Below, in pieces: positions 63,907 through 64,000 of a stretch of 64,000 bases of DNA (positions are counted from its first letter, which is position 1; each line of letters begins with the position of its first letter). The DNA is from an uncultured Verrucomicrobiae bacterium. Its GTDB lineage: Bacteria; Verrucomicrobiota; Verrucomicrobiia; Limisphaerales; JAFGQR01. The translations under genes were made by a program, and so were the position numbers. The notes beneath the pieces are model-generated. The model ran no database searches, was not told the DNA's origin, and saw only the letters and a list, made by a program, of their open reading frames with translations. The stretch covers positions 32,001 to 96,000 of the forward strand of contig CAWBHS010000110.1 of the NCBI GenBank assembly GCA_963788655.1. The letters run 5' to 3'.

Positions 63907-64000
63907 ACGACCGAGCCGTGGAAATTTTGCTGGTGGAGGATAATCCGGGAGACGCCCGCCTGACCAAGGAAGCGCTCAAGGAGGCCAAAGTCCGCAACCA
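63903..64000 (+). CDS. Second Rcp1-like response regulator (3' end outside the window)
   Basis: [36 protein letters not shown] overlap with the kinase stop. Confidence 0.85.
   Translation, partial: MNDRAVEILLVEDNPGDARLTKEALKEAKVRN

Overview
GC-rich bacterial chromosomal window; gene content and repeat types suggest Verrucomicrobiota (Pedosphaera-like), which is an inference. It holds housekeeping genes (ferritin, ruvC-ruvA, priA, xerC, tatD, hemW, pyrR-pyrB, csp, Ktr/Trk K+ uptake), carbohydrate/sulfate catabolism genes, an RND efflux pair, a VapBC45-like TA pair and a CHASE histidine kinase. Many conserved genes are broken by single-base indels, most likely long-read errors, so every frame-dependent claim needs read-level checking. 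Main finding: priA is interrupted, just before its Walker A motif, by a ~1.27-kb cassette of three REP doublets, an intact-looking REP-associated tyrosine transposase (RAYT) and two more REP doublets. The cassette is almost frame-preserving (one TAG and one extra base from a single PriA-RAYT-PriA ORF), and free arrays of the same repeat have exact triplet periods (123 and 120 bp). This suggests an HUH-nuclease element that lives in-frame inside a core gene. Other highlights: a ~1,880-aa secreted protein with a Tc-toxin-like helical region, a shared terminal module on four secreted proteins, a candidate ~170-nt sRNA with its own promoter and terminator, a REP-carrying MITE and at least six other palindromic repeat families. 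No rRNA, tRNA or CRISPR array was seen.
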